From Truepera sp. (GTDB taxonomy: Bacteria; Deinococcota; Deinococci; Deinococcales; Trueperaceae): a stretch of DNA of 64,000 nt. The notes beneath the pieces are model-generated. The model was not told the origin of the DNA and ran no database searches. It saw nothing but the letters and a program-made list of their open reading frames with translations. Positions within the stretch are counted from its first letter, which is position 1, and each line of letters begins with the position of its first letter. Made by a program: the position numbers and the translations under genes. The stretch is from NCBI GenBank assembly GCA_965218435.1, contig CBDCKW010000009.1:1664001-1728000 (forward strand), given 5' to 3'. Positions 51,646 to 61,125 of the stretch are shown here, piece after piece.

Positions 51646-52608
51646 ATGATTAAACGGCTTAAGCCGCAGCTCGTCGCCGGGACGCTGCTGGCAGTTTTTC
51701 TGATAGTAGTTTTTCCGGCACCGGTCGCGGCGCAGAACGCGCCCTTTTACGACCTGCCTGAAAACCACTGGGCGTACAACTCGGTTCGTGAACTTGCCAA
51801 CCTAGGTATCTTGACCGGTTACCCGGACGGGCGTTTTGACGGTACCCGCGCGGCCACTCGTTACGAAGTGTCGGTGATCGCGGCGCGGCTTTTAGAATAC
51901 GCGAGCGGCAACATCCCGACGAGTGGCGGCACCGCGGCGGCGCTCTCTAAACGTTTAGGAACCGTCGAAAATGCCCTGCGCAACGCGACGGCACTCGCCT
52001 ACACGCAGCGCCTCGAGACGCGCATCTCCGCGCTCGAGACTGCCCTCAACATTCAGAGCCCACCACCCTCAGTGCCGGAGGCGGCAGCATCTTCGGCAGC
52101 CGAAGATGCTGCCCTTACCCCCAGCACGCCCAGCGGAAAGGGCAACACGTCGCCGACAAAAGACTCGCTGACCGGACTCAGACTCGTTGACATCCGTTTT
52201 AGCGTTCGCCCCGACTACCCCTTTTATGTCGGCATTTCGCCCGGGGTCATCTCGACTGCCGGTGACGTCTACCTAGGTGTCCAAGCCGGTTACGACGGCC
52301 TTATCGGGCCTCTGGGACCCGTGACGCGGCTGACCTTTAACGGCGGCAACCGCGAACTGCGGTTTAGCGCCGACGTGCTGGCAAAAGCCGAACTGCCGGT
52401 CAACGAACTCCGCGTCTACGGCGGTTTAGGTTTAGGCGGTACGATGCGGCCCGAGGGTAACTCGCTCTTGCTCGAGGCTCCCTTCGGCGGCGAGTACGCC
52501 CTTACCCCCCGCGTCGGGCTGTTCGTTCAGCTCATTACCTCCTACGGCTTCGCGCCTGTTAGCAACATTGACGCCGAACTCTCGAGCGGTATCAACTTGC
52601 GTTTTTGA
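51646..52608 (+). CDS. SLH-domain outer-membrane protein (SLH + coiled coil + beta-barrel-like C-terminus)
   Basis: Signal peptide, FYDLPENHWAY...GYPDGRFDG...TRYE, terminal Phe. Confidence 0.88.
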   Translation: MIKRLKPQLVAGTLLAVFLIVVFPAPVAAQNAPFYDLPENHWAYNSVRELANLGILTGYPDGRFDGTRAATRYEVSVIAARLLEYASGNIPTSGGTAAALSKRLGTVENALRNATALAYTQRLETRISALETALNIQSPPPSVPEAAASSAAEDAALTPSTPSGKGNTSPTKDSLTGLRLVDIRFSVRPDYPFYVGISPGVISTAGDVYLGVQAGYDGLIGPLGPVTRLTFNGGNRELRFSADVLAKAELPVNELRVYGGLGLGGTMRPEGNSLLLEAPFGGEYALTPRVGLFVQLITSYGFAPVSNIDAELSSGINLRF

Positions 52609-52633
52609 GCTAAACCTGCAGCCTGATCTTTGG

Positions 52634-52660
52634 GTCTCCCCTTACCGGGAGGCTTTTTCT
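52634..52660 (+). terminator. Rho-independent terminator
   Basis: GTCTCCC/GGGAGGC stem followed by TTTTTCT. Confidence 0.65.
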
Positions 52661-52971
52661 TTGCTTTGGCAGTTCACGCCTAAACCCAACGCCTCAAAAG
52701 CCTAAACAGTACATTGAGGTTCCGCCAGGGGGTACAAATACGGTTAGCAGTCCCTCTCAACGTTGCTACACTTTTTCGCAGATTTCATTACCGAAAATGC
52801 TTGCTAGACGATGTTCTTTTCGGTAAGAGTGTAGCAAACCAGATGATGCTTGCTGGGTTTTGGTCTCACACGGTTTTGTGATAGGTGCAGCGGCAGGCGT
52901 TTTGCTGTAAGAGGGAGAAACGGCTATTTTTAGACCTCTAAGAAGCGGGCAGTTCGAGTTTGTGAGAATGG

Positions 52972-53865
52972 TTAATCTCGAGGACTGGCAGCGGTGGGTG
53001 CGCCAGCGAGGGGAGTAGAGGACGGCGTAGCCCGCAACTGTCCGGCGACCACGCTGCTTAAAATAAGCAGCACGCCGACGCTCTGCCCTAAATTAAACCC
53101 CTGCCCGAGTACAAGGTAGCCGAGCAGCGCCGCCACAACAGGGCTGAGTAAGCCCAGAAAGATCACAGACACACCCAGCTTCTCAATCCCGCGAAACCAC
53201 AGCGCGTAGGCTAACCCTGTACCGATAATGCCCAGGTAGAGAAACCCCAACAGGTTAGGGGGAGTAAGGCGCGGCGGTAAACCCTCGAGCACGAGTGAGA
53301 GCAGCCCTAAAAAGAGCCCCCCGACGACGAGTTGCCAGGCCGTAAAAAGCAGCACCGGTACGTCAGGCTGCGCCCAGCGTTTGGTCAAGACAAGCCCCAC
53401 CGCGAAGCTGAGTGCCCCACCAGAGGCTGCTATCACGCCGAGCGGATCGAGCGCCGCGTGTGGGCCGAGAACTAAAAACCCTACGCCGATCACACCGCCG
53501 ACGCCCGCGAAGAGCGTGACGGCGCTCGGTTGCTGAGCCAACCAGAACCACGCTAAAACGGCAACGAAGAGCGGCCCGACGGCCCCGAGGATCGCCGCAA
53601 CACCGCCGGGTAAGCGGTACGCCCCGACAAATAAACACGCGAAAAAGAGCCCGATGTTAAAAAACCCGAGTACGCTCACGCGCCATAGCCATCTTCTCTG
53701 CGGCAGTCGGCGGTAGAGCAAAACAATAGCTAGTCCTATCGGCAACGCGCGGAGCATACCGGCGAGTAGTGGCCTGTCAGAAGGCAAGAGTTCTGTCGTA
53801 ACCAAGTAGGTACTTCCCCAGGCGATGGGAGCTAGAGCCGTAAGCAAAAAATTTTTTAGGTACAT
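52972..53865 (-). CDS. pecM: EamA/DMT transporter, PecM-like
   Basis: LTALAPIAWGSTYLVTTELLP and AYRLPGGVAA motifs; about ten TM segments; divergent from a PecS-like gene. Confidence 0.85.
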   Translation of the reverse strand: MYLKNFLLTALAPIAWGSTYLVTTELLPSDRPLLAGMLRALPIGLAIVLLYRRLPQRRWLWRVSVLGFFNIGLFFACLFVGAYRLPGGVAAILGAVGPLFVAVLAWFWLAQQPSAVTLFAGVGGVIGVGFLVLGPHAALDPLGVIAASGGALSFAVGLVLTKRWAQPDVPVLLFTAWQLVVGGLFLGLLSLVLEGLPPRLTPPNLLGFLYLGIIGTGLAYALWFRGIEKLGVSVIFLGLLSPVVAALLGYLVLGQGFNLGQSVGVLLILSSVVAGQLRATPSSTPLAGAPTAASPRD

Positions 53866-53919
53866 CTTGACATCAAGATACTTTATATAAAGCTTAATGT
53901 CAAGAATCTCGATATAGAG
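53864..53919. promoter_or_regulatory. Four tandem PecS-type operator boxes
   Basis: CTTGACATCAAG (53866), CTTTATATAAAG (53881), CTTAATGTCAAG (53893), CTCGATATAGAG (53908). Confidence 0.75.
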
Positions 53920-53928
53920 GTAAACTGA

Positions 53929-54423
53929 GTGATGGCGAACGACGGTGTAAAGACGATTCTCGAACAGTGGCGGCGTGAACGCACGGACCTGGACGCCTCG
54001 AGCATGGCCATTCTCGGGCGGCTTGCTAGGCTTGCAAAACGCACCGAACAGCGGCTCGAGGCCAACTTCAGGCGCTATGACCTACAGGGAAGCACCTTTG
54101 ACCTTCTAGCCACACTGCGGCGCAGCGGCGACCCGTTTACCCTCAACCCGACCCGGTTACAGAGCGAGATGATGCTCTCTTCGGGCGCGACCACGCACCG
54201 CATTGACCTGCTCGAAACGCGCGGCCTGATCGAACGCCTGCCCGACCCCGGCGACCGGCGCGGCACCCTCGTCAGACTGACCCCGGCGGGAAAAACACTC
54301 GTTGATGAGGTGGTCGTGGCGCATTTAGCGGTGCAAAACGAACTTCTAGCCGGACTGACAGAGCAAGAACGCCAAAGGCTAGCTGAACTTTTGGGCAGCT
54401 GGTCGGAAAGCCTCGAGCTCTGA
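53929..54423 (+). CDS. pecS: MarR family regulator, PecS/UrtR subfamily
   Basis: N-terminal EQWRRERTDLD helix, FDLLATLRRSG, THRIDLLE and DRRG motifs. Confidence 0.85.
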   Translation: MMANDGVKTILEQWRRERTDLDASSMAILGRLARLAKRTEQRLEANFRRYDLQGSTFDLLATLRRSGDPFTLNPTRLQSEMMLSSGATTHRIDLLETRGLIERLPDPGDRRGTLVRLTPAGKTLVDEVVVAHLAVQNELLAGLTEQERQRLAELLGSWSESLEL

Positions 54424-54425
54424 TA

Positions 54426-55118
54426 CTACTCCGGCAAAATCAGTTTAGGGATAAACGCCAGGGCGTCGGCAGCGACCAGATACGCCGGTGTCTCCCCGAT
54501 CATGTCAACCGCGCGGCGCTCTCCGTGAAGATGGCCAAAGACCACCGCGTCGGCCCCGGCTCCCGCTAAAAGTTCGGTAAACCCGGAGGGCTCGAGCCGT
54601 AAATTTGTCGGTGGGTAATGCAGCATCACGAGCAGGCGGTCACCGGGTTGTCTGAGCTTCGCTGCTGCCGCAAGTGAAAGCTGTAACCGACCAAGTTCGC
54701 GCTCGTAAATTTTCTCGTCCTCAGTGCTAAAATCGCTGCCCCCCGGCGTGACCCAGCCCCGTGTCCCGGCCACCACGACCGAATCAAACCGCAACGCGTC
54801 GTTTTGTACCGCGAACATCCCCTCGGGCAGCGCCGCGCGAAGTTTAGAAACCGACGACCACCAGTAGTCGTGATTGCCGCGTAAGAGCACCTTTTGCCCC
54901 GGCAACGCGGCGAGGTCTTGCAGGTCGGGGAGCGCACCCGCCAGGGTCATCGCCCACGACACGTCGCCGGGAACGAGCACGAGGTCACCGTCTGAAACCG
55001 TCTCGCGCCAGCCGCTAAAAAACCGTTCGGGGTGACCCGCCCAGCCGTCGCCGAAAATCGTCATGGGTTTGGGGTCGGCGCTCGAGAGGTGAGGGTCGGC
55101 GATGGCAAAGACGCGCAT
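54426..55118 (-). CDS. Calcineurin-like metallophosphoesterase
   Basis: ADPHL, GDVSW, GNHD, HYPP and GHLH motifs. Confidence 0.92.
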   Translation of the reverse strand: MRVFAIADPHLSSADPKPMTIFGDGWAGHPERFFSGWRETVSDGDLVLVPGDVSWAMTLAGALPDLQDLAALPGQKVLLRGNHDYWWSSVSKLRAALPEGMFAVQNDALRFDSVVVAGTRGWVTPGGSDFSTEDEKIYERELGRLQLSLAAAAKLRQPGDRLLVMLHYPPTNLRLEPSGFTELLAGAGADAVVFGHLHGERRAVDMIGETPAYLVAADALAFIPKLILPE

Positions 55119-55145
55119 AAAGGGGCAGTCTACCGCGAGAGTTGT

Positions 55146-55673
55146 CTAAGCGTCAGCCCAACGGAGCGCCGTGCGCGTCACGCCTGAGTGCCCCAACCGG
55201 CCCAAAACCGTACACGCATTTTCCCCAGTCACAGGATGACGCCATCCGGGGGCAACGTCGCAAAGCGGAGCCAAGACGAACGCCCGCCCCAGCAGCCTCG
55301 GATGCGGCAAGGTCAAGTTCGGCGTATTTAGCACCCGGTTGCCGTAAGCGAGCAGGTCGAGGTCTAACGTGCGAGCTGCCCAACAGACGCTGCGGGTGCG
55401 GCCTTGACGGGTCTCGAGCGTCAGCAGTGCTTGCAGCAGCGTTTGCGGGTCGTTCATCAGCGGTTTCAGGGCGATAACGGCGTTGAGATAGTCCGCTTGC
55501 CCCGGTGGGCCGCCTACGGGCACGGTGCGGTAAAGGCTCGAGGCTCCCGTCACCTCACCCAACGCAGCTAGCGCACGCCGCGCTCGCCGGAGTTGCGAGA
55601 GCGGATCGTCAAGATTGCTGCCGAGGGCGATGTAAGCAGTTTCAGGGGGGGCGTTCAGGTCGGCTCGAGTCAT
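55146..55673 (-). CDS. folK: HPPK, 6-hydroxymethyl-7,8-dihydropterin pyrophosphokinase
   Basis: IALGSNL, YLNAV, RTLDLDLL, LPHPR and RAFVLAPL motifs. Confidence 0.96.
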   Translation of the reverse strand: MTRADLNAPPETAYIALGSNLDDPLSQLRRARRALAALGEVTGASSLYRTVPVGGPPGQADYLNAVIALKPLMNDPQTLLQALLTLETRQGRTRSVCWAARTLDLDLLAYGNRVLNTPNLTLPHPRLLGRAFVLAPLCDVAPGWRHPVTGENACTVLGRLGHSGVTRTALRWADA

Positions 55674-56095
55674 CTGAGTTCTAAACGGTGCGTCGCGTTG
55701 GGTTCGGCTGTGGGGATAAAGCCCAAAGCCCCGTAAAACCGGGCCGCTTCGGGGGTCGTCGTTCGCAAACGTAAAACATCGTAGTGTCGCCCAGCTTCTG
55801 TGATGATTGCGGTGACTAATTTCTGTCCGACTTGTTGACGGCGATACTGAGGTAAGACATACAGATGCCGCAGCCGTCCGGTTCTCGGCTCAGCGCCCAG
55901 GTACGGGTCAGGGGTAAGGCCGCCGACCCCAACGAGTTCGTCAGCTAGGCAGCCGTAAAGAGCTGCGCCCGGTTTGGTAAAATCGCTCCGATGTAGCTCG
56001 AGCTGTAACCGCGTCACAAAGTTGAACCCCTCAGCCTGACTCGCCTCGATCAAGGGGCCGAGTTGTGCGTCTCGGGTGAGTTTAGTCACGTTCAC
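55670..56095 (-). CDS. GNAT family acetyltransferase inside the fol operon
   Basis: GVGGLTPDPY, GRLRHLYVLPQYRRQQVG and ARFYGALGF motifs. Confidence 0.88.
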   Translation of the reverse strand: MNVTKLTRDAQLGPLIEASQAEGFNFVTRLQLELHRSDFTKPGAALYGCLADELVGVGGLTPDPYLGAEPRTGRLRHLYVLPQYRRQQVGQKLVTAIITEAGRHYDVLRLRTTTPEAARFYGALGFIPTAEPNATHRLELR

Positions 56096-56444
56096 GCCGC
56101 ACCTCGGCGTAAACGTCGCGGACGATCCCCGGCAGCGGTGCGTGCGGTTTGTGGACGCGGACCAACACCGCTTGCGCGAGCGGTTGCGCCGCCAAAATCA
56201 CAGTAGCGAGCTTGTGAGCCAGGGCTTCGATAAGATAGTAACGCGTCTCGGTAACGTGCGCCCGCACGAGGTCGTAGACGGCGCTGTAGTCCACCGTCGC
56301 CGCTAAGTCGTCACGGCCTGAGAGGGACAAACTCAGTTCAACGTCAACCACAAAGCGTGCGCCGAAGTGCGTTTCACTTTCAAAGACGCCGTGCCGCGCG
56401 TGAAACTCGAGCCCCGCCAAAACAATTTTGTCAAGTTCAGCCAC
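56082..56444 (-). CDS. folB: Dihydroneopterin aldolase
   Basis: FHARHGV, TVDY, LIE and KPHAP motifs. Confidence 0.96.
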   Translation of the reverse strand: MAELDKIVLAGLEFHARHGVFESETHFGARFVVDVELSLSLSGRDDLAATVDYSAVYDLVRAHVTETRYYLIEALAHKLATVILAAQPLAQAVLVRVHKPHAPLPGIVRDVYAEVRRERD

Positions 56445-57321
56445 GCAGCGCCTCCCAGACCCGAAGGGCCTGCGCGTGCGCCCGTACGTTATGAACCCGC
56501 ACCATCGCCACGCCTACCGCTGCGCCCCAGAGGTGCAAAGCGACGCTGCCAGGGTCGCGTTCAGCGGCAGGAATGTCTGCAGCACTCTCCCCTGCCAATG
56601 CCCGAATCAAGCCCTTGCGCGACGCCCCGAGCAAGACCGGATAGCCGAGCGCGACCAGGTCGGGTAGCCCTCGGAGCAGCGCCAGGTTGTGCTCCGCCGT
56701 TTTGCCAAAGCCGATACCGGGGTCGAGCATGACCGACGGCAGTCCCGCTGCGAGTGCCCGCACCGCTGTTGTCTTCAGGTAGGTTTGAACCTCGAGTAGA
56801 GCGTCGTCGTAATGCGGACTAGCCTGCATTGTCCTCGGCGTTCCCTGCATGTGCATGACCACCGCAGGTGCCCCTGCCGCCGCACAGACCCGCATCATCT
56901 CCGGGTCGCGGAGCCCCGACACGTCGTTGATCAGGTGCGCCCCGGCATGGAGGGCTGCAGCCGCAACTTCGGGTTTGTAGGTGTCTACGCTCAAGATCAC
57001 CTCAGCACTGCGGAGTTCACGTAACACAGGCAACACGCGGTCAAGCTCAACCTCAGCACTTACGGGTTCCGCCCCGGGCCGGGTTGATTCACCGCCCAAG
57101 TCGAGCACCTGTGCGCCGTCTTTAACGAGTGTCCGCGCGTGGCCCAGCGCAGCGTCTAACTGGTTAAACTGCCCACCATCGGAAAAGCTGTCCGGCGTGA
57201 GGTTGAGAATGCCCATCAGCGCCGTGCCTGCCCAAGACCAGGCAAAGGTACCTGTCCCCTGCGCGGTTCCGAGTGGAACAGGGTAGCCAAAAGTCAGGCT
57301 CGAGGGTTGCGCCGTTTTCAT
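56437..57321 (-). CDS. folP: Dihydropteroate synthase
   Basis: MGILNLTPDSFSDGG, GGESTRPG, DPGIGFGK, SRK and RVHN motifs. Confidence 0.97.
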   Translation of the reverse strand: MKTAQPSSLTFGYPVPLGTAQGTGTFAWSWAGTALMGILNLTPDSFSDGGQFNQLDAALGHARTLVKDGAQVLDLGGESTRPGAEPVSAEVELDRVLPVLRELRSAEVILSVDTYKPEVAAAALHAGAHLINDVSGLRDPEMMRVCAAAGAPAVVMHMQGTPRTMQASPHYDDALLEVQTYLKTTAVRALAAGLPSVMLDPGIGFGKTAEHNLALLRGLPDLVALGYPVLLGASRKGLIRALAGESAADIPAAERDPGSVALHLWGAAVGVAMVRVHNVRAHAQALRVWEALRG

Positions 57322-57411
57322 AGCCTTTATGCTACCGCAACAACTGGCTAGGTCTACCGTAAGTGATTAGATTCACAATTCTCTTGCTCGTGAAAATTTC
57401 GTTTCTTCAAG

Positions 57412-58728
57412 CTATTGAAATCTCGGCCATAGCTCGGCCTTGGCGTCTAGCAGCAGCGGCCTTATCTCCCCTACGAGATAAAGGCTCCCCGCCACTGCGA
57501 CGACTGCGCCGGGTGCGGTGTAAAAGAGAGCTTCTTTAAGCGCCTCTGCCGGGTTGTCGGTGACGTAAACGGATGGCGCGTAAGGCGTCCAGAGTTCGGC
57601 AAGGGTTTCAGGTAAGGCGGCCCTGGGGCTCAGCACGGCGCGGGTGACGATCACCTGGGACACCACCGGGGCCAACTCGGTTACGAGTCCCGTCAGGTCT
57701 TTGTCCGCTGCGGCTCCAAAAATGAGGGTAACAGACTTTTTACTTAAACGTTTTAGAGCGGCGGCGAGCGCGTGCGCGGCTTGCGGGTTGTGGGCACCGT
57801 CGAGGAGGAAGGTACGGTTTTGATACGGGAGGGGCTCGAGCCTCCCCGCCCAACGGGTCTCTGTCACGCCTTGTTGAATCACAGGCTCGAGCACGCCCAA
57901 TGTTTGTGCCGCTGCAACGGCTAAGGCGACGTTACGGGCCTGATGAAGCCCCAAGAGCGGCGTCGTAACGGTGACGCGCCCAACAGGACTCGCTACCACG
58001 CAACGAACGCCCGACCAACCCAGGTCGGTCGCCTCGAGTGTGATGTCATCTCCCACTACCCAAAGTGGCACGTCCCGCTCAGACGCGGTGGTGCGGAGAG
58101 TCGTAAGCCCTTCCCCTTCCGCGCCTGTAAGGGTCAGAACGTTCGGGCGCATGATGCCCGCTTTTTCAAAAGCAATTTTTGCCAAGGTATCGCCCAAAAT
58201 CTCGGTGTGGTCGAGGGCGACGCCGGTGATGATACTTAAACGCGGCGACAGAGCGTTCGCCGCGTCGAAACGGCCCCCGAGACCGACCTCGAAGACGGCC
58301 ATGTCAACGCCTCGCTGAACAAATAAAACACAACCGAGCGCCGTGACGATCTCAAAAAAGGTTGCGCCGGTGGCCTCGGCGTGTGGGCGCACAAGCTCGA
58401 GACCCGCAAGTAGCTCAGCCGCCGCCACGTGTTCACCGTCAACTAAAAACCGCTCAGCGAAGTGTGTCAGGTGTGGGCTGGTGAATAGCCCTGTACGGCG
58501 TCCGTCAGCCTGTAAAGTCGCCGCGAGCGTCGCGGCGCAGCTGCCTTTGCCGTTCGTTCCGCCCACCAAGATGACTTTGAGGGTGCGTTCAGGGTGCCCC
58601 AAACGCGCTAGGAGCGCCTCAATCCGCCCTAAGCCGAGCTTGACCCCGAACCGCTGTTTGGCAAAGAGCCACTCGAGCTGTGTGTGGAGCGCCGCCAACT
58701 CGGGCGACCCGTCAGTAACGGGCATCAA
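57412..58728 (-). CDS. folC: Folylpolyglutamate synthase / dihydrofolate synthase
   Basis: GTNGKGS, TSPHL, EVGLGGRFD, LDGAHN and GSLYLVG motifs. Confidence 0.96.
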   Translation of the reverse strand: MMPVTDGSPELAALHTQLEWLFAKQRFGVKLGLGRIEALLARLGHPERTLKVILVGGTNGKGSCAATLAATLQADGRRTGLFTSPHLTHFAERFLVDGEHVAAAELLAGLELVRPHAEATGATFFEIVTALGCVLFVQRGVDMAVFEVGLGGRFDAANALSPRLSIITGVALDHTEILGDTLAKIAFEKAGIMRPNVLTLTGAEGEGLTTLRTTASERDVPLWVVGDDITLEATDLGWSGVRCVVASPVGRVTVTTPLLGLHQARNVALAVAAAQTLGVLEPVIQQGVTETRWAGRLEPLPYQNRTFLLDGAHNPQAAHALAAALKRLSKKSVTLIFGAAADKDLTGLVTELAPVVSQVIVTRAVLSPRAALPETLAELWTPYAPSVYVTDNPAEALKEALFYTAPGAVVAVAGSLYLVGEIRPLLLDAKAELWPRFQ

Positions 58729-59209
58729 TCTCCTGCAACCGCGCCGCCTCCGCGTCCCCCTCGGGTCGGTGATGACGCGCGACGAGTTCAGCGACGCGCG
58801 CGTCGCCGCCCGCTGCTAAGATCGCCTCAGCCCCGTAACAGTCGTGATGACGCCGCAGCTGCCACGCGCCCCGTAATCCTGACAGGCGCGGCGTCGCGGG
58901 TACCCGGCGCGGCGTGTAAAGAGCGACCAAGATGCGCTGCCACGGCCTGTAGCTACGTCCCGCCTTACCGACGTCGTGCAGCAGGGCGGCGCGGCGCAGC
59001 GTATTTGACGCGTCCGGGTAACGAGCACTGAGCCGCCGCGCGACAGCGCAAGCATGGGCGCGGTCGCGGACATCCATCTGCTGATATAAAGCGTACTCGG
59101 GGCCGGAGAGCGTCTTTTGAGCAAAGGTGTCGTCGGGCCGCGCCAGCTTCGGAAAAAGCGCCATCAGGGTGCGCCACGCCGCATTACCCCACCACTCCGC
59201 AGGTCTCAT
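58712..59209 (-). CDS. HD domain protein
   Basis: DRAHA...AALLHDVGK...RHH...D pattern. Confidence 0.85.
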   Translation of the reverse strand: MRPAEWWGNAAWRTLMALFPKLARPDDTFAQKTLSGPEYALYQQMDVRDRAHACAVARRLSARYPDASNTLRRAALLHDVGKAGRSYRPWQRILVALYTPRRVPATPRLSGLRGAWQLRRHHDCYGAEAILAAGGDARVAELVARHHRPEGDAEAARLQEIDARY

Positions 59210-59395
59210 AGCCCCAGTCTACCGGACGGCGGTGTATCACGTTTTGTGTATGGAGCCCGACAAAGTCCCTAAGAACAAAGCCCGTAAGAGAGGCAATCAG
59301 ATATGCACAAACGTGATTCTACCGGACAGGTCACGCTGAGCTATTTTGCGAGGTAGTTCGCAGCGTCAGTAGCTGGATAAACCAATACGTGTGCG

Positions 59396-59962
59396 TTAGG
59401 GTCCGGCAGTCACAGCTCTCAACTCACCGAGTGCGTTTTGGACAAGCTGCGAAAAATCGTATGGATCAGACGCGTCAGTCCAGCGTTCAAACGCAACCTT
59501 GAAAACGGCTATCCCGGCGTCAGCCGTCAAACCTGCCGTGGGGTCTTGGGTACCCCGGTTTCGCAGCGCCTCGGCAAGCGCCGTAGACAACGACGCGAGC
59601 TTCAGCAACTCACGCTCTCTGAGTTCTGCGTTTGCGGCGATGATACGTTGGCGTTGCCGCGAGGCTTCGCGGCGCTCCAGGAAAAGGCTTTCGGCAGCCC
59701 CGAGAGCCGCAGCAACCGCGTCAATCGGAGCCAGAGAAGCAGGCGCTTCGGCAACCTTTTCGACAAGAAACGCTTGTAAGACGCTCGAGCCCCCAAAAAG
59801 TACCTCGCGTTTATCGGCGAAGTGCCGGAAAAACGTCCTTTCTGTTAAGCCTGCACGCGCCGCGATCTCAGCTACCGTGGTCTGCTCGAACCCTTTGGCA
59901 CTGTAGAGGTCTAAAGCCGCCTGCTCGAGCCGACCGCGGGCGTTGGACTTCCATCTAGCCAT
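59396..59962 (-). CDS. TetR family regulator
   Basis: TTVAEIAARAGLTERTFFRHFADKREVLF. Confidence 0.95.
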   Translation of the reverse strand: MARWKSNARGRLEQAALDLYSAKGFEQTTVAEIAARAGLTERTFFRHFADKREVLFGGSSVLQAFLVEKVAEAPASLAPIDAVAAALGAAESLFLERREASRQRQRIIAANAELRERELLKLASLSTALAEALRNRGTQDPTAGLTADAGIAVFKVAFERWTDASDPYDFSQLVQNALGELRAVTAGP

Positions 59963-59978
59963 AGTTGTAGTTTAGCTG

Positions 59979-60026
59979 ATGACAATGACTGTCATGATGT
60001 ACTACTCTGATGTCAGCCGCTGCCAT
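59979..60026. promoter_or_regulatory. Paired candidate TetR operators
   Basis: ATGACA-ATGAC-TGTCAT (59979-59995) and imperfect ATGTCA-GCCGC-TGCCAT (60010-60026). Confidence 0.65.
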
Positions 60027-60082
60027 GATCTTTTCTCGCATATGCCGGGGGTTAAAGCAGTCGGCCACTGGAGGTTTTACCC

Positions 60083-60991
60083 ATGCGTATTTTTGTCACC
60101 GGCGCAACCGGCTTTATCGGCTCTGCCGTCGTTCCTGAACTTATCGGCGCGGGTCACCAGGTCGTTGGGTTCGCTCGCTCGGACCGTTCTGCAGACGCTC
60201 TCGCCGCTGCCGGAGCGGAGGTGCGGCGCGGTTCCCTCGACGATTTGGACAGTTTGCACCGTGCTGCTGCCGCGTCAGACGGTGTAATTCACCTTGCGTT
60301 CAAGCACGACCTTGCTTTTTCAGGAAATTTCCAGAGTGCCGCCGACGCCGACCTACGCGCTATTGAAACTCTTGGTGACGCACTTAGCGGTTCGGAACGG
60401 CCCCTGGTCATCGCCTCGGGTGTGCTTGGAATCGCACCGGGACGCGTTGCCACTGAACAGGATAGGTCCGGCGCAGAAGCTGGACCCAGGGCTGTCTCTG
60501 CGCTAGCAACCCTTGCCCTGGCGTCTCGGGGTGTGCGCTCGTCCGTCTTACGGCTCGCCCCGACGGTTCACGGCGAAGGCGACCAAGGCTTCGTGGCGTC
60601 TCTGATCGGCGTCGCCCGCGCTAAGGGCGTCTCCGGCTACGTCGGCGACGGGTCCAACCGCTGGCCCGCCGTACACGTCCTAGACGCCGCTAAGCTGTTT
60701 CGTTTAGCACTCGAGAAAGCACCCGCCGGTGCGGTGTTGCACGGGGTCGCTGATGAGGGTGTGCCGGTTCGCACCCTTGCTGAGGTTATCGGTCAGCACC
60801 TGGGTCTTCCGGTCGTTTCTATCTCACCTGATGATGCGGGCAAACACTTCGGTTGGCTGGCAGGCATGGTTGAGGCCGACAGTCCGGCCTCGAGCGCACA
60901 GACCCGCGCGCTGCTGGGCTGGCAGCCGACCCATCCAGGACTCCTTGAGGACTTAGATCAAGGCCACTACTTCGTCACGCCGTCTGCATAA
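60083..60991 (+). CDS. NAD-dependent epimerase/dehydratase-type SDR
   Basis: VTGATGFIG, VIHLAF and RWPAVHVLDAA motifs. Confidence 0.93.
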   Translation: MRIFVTGATGFIGSAVVPELIGAGHQVVGFARSDRSADALAAAGAEVRRGSLDDLDSLHRAAAASDGVIHLAFKHDLAFSGNFQSAADADLRAIETLGDALSGSERPLVIASGVLGIAPGRVATEQDRSGAEAGPRAVSALATLALASRGVRSSVLRLAPTVHGEGDQGFVASLIGVARAKGVSGYVGDGSNRWPAVHVLDAAKLFRLALEKAPAGAVLHGVADEGVPVRTLAEVIGQHLGLPVVSISPDDAGKHFGWLAGMVEADSPASSAQTRALLGWQPTHPGLLEDLDQGHYFVTPSA

Positions 60992-61125
60992 CCAGCTCTA
61001 TAGACAGGCTCGAGTATTATTGCCCGAGCTGTCCGGCGTTGCGCTGACATAAAGCGTCAAAAATCCCGCGCTACCGCTCTATTCATCACGACTCGAGCCA
61101 TCCTACCAACCCAAAGGAGACAACG

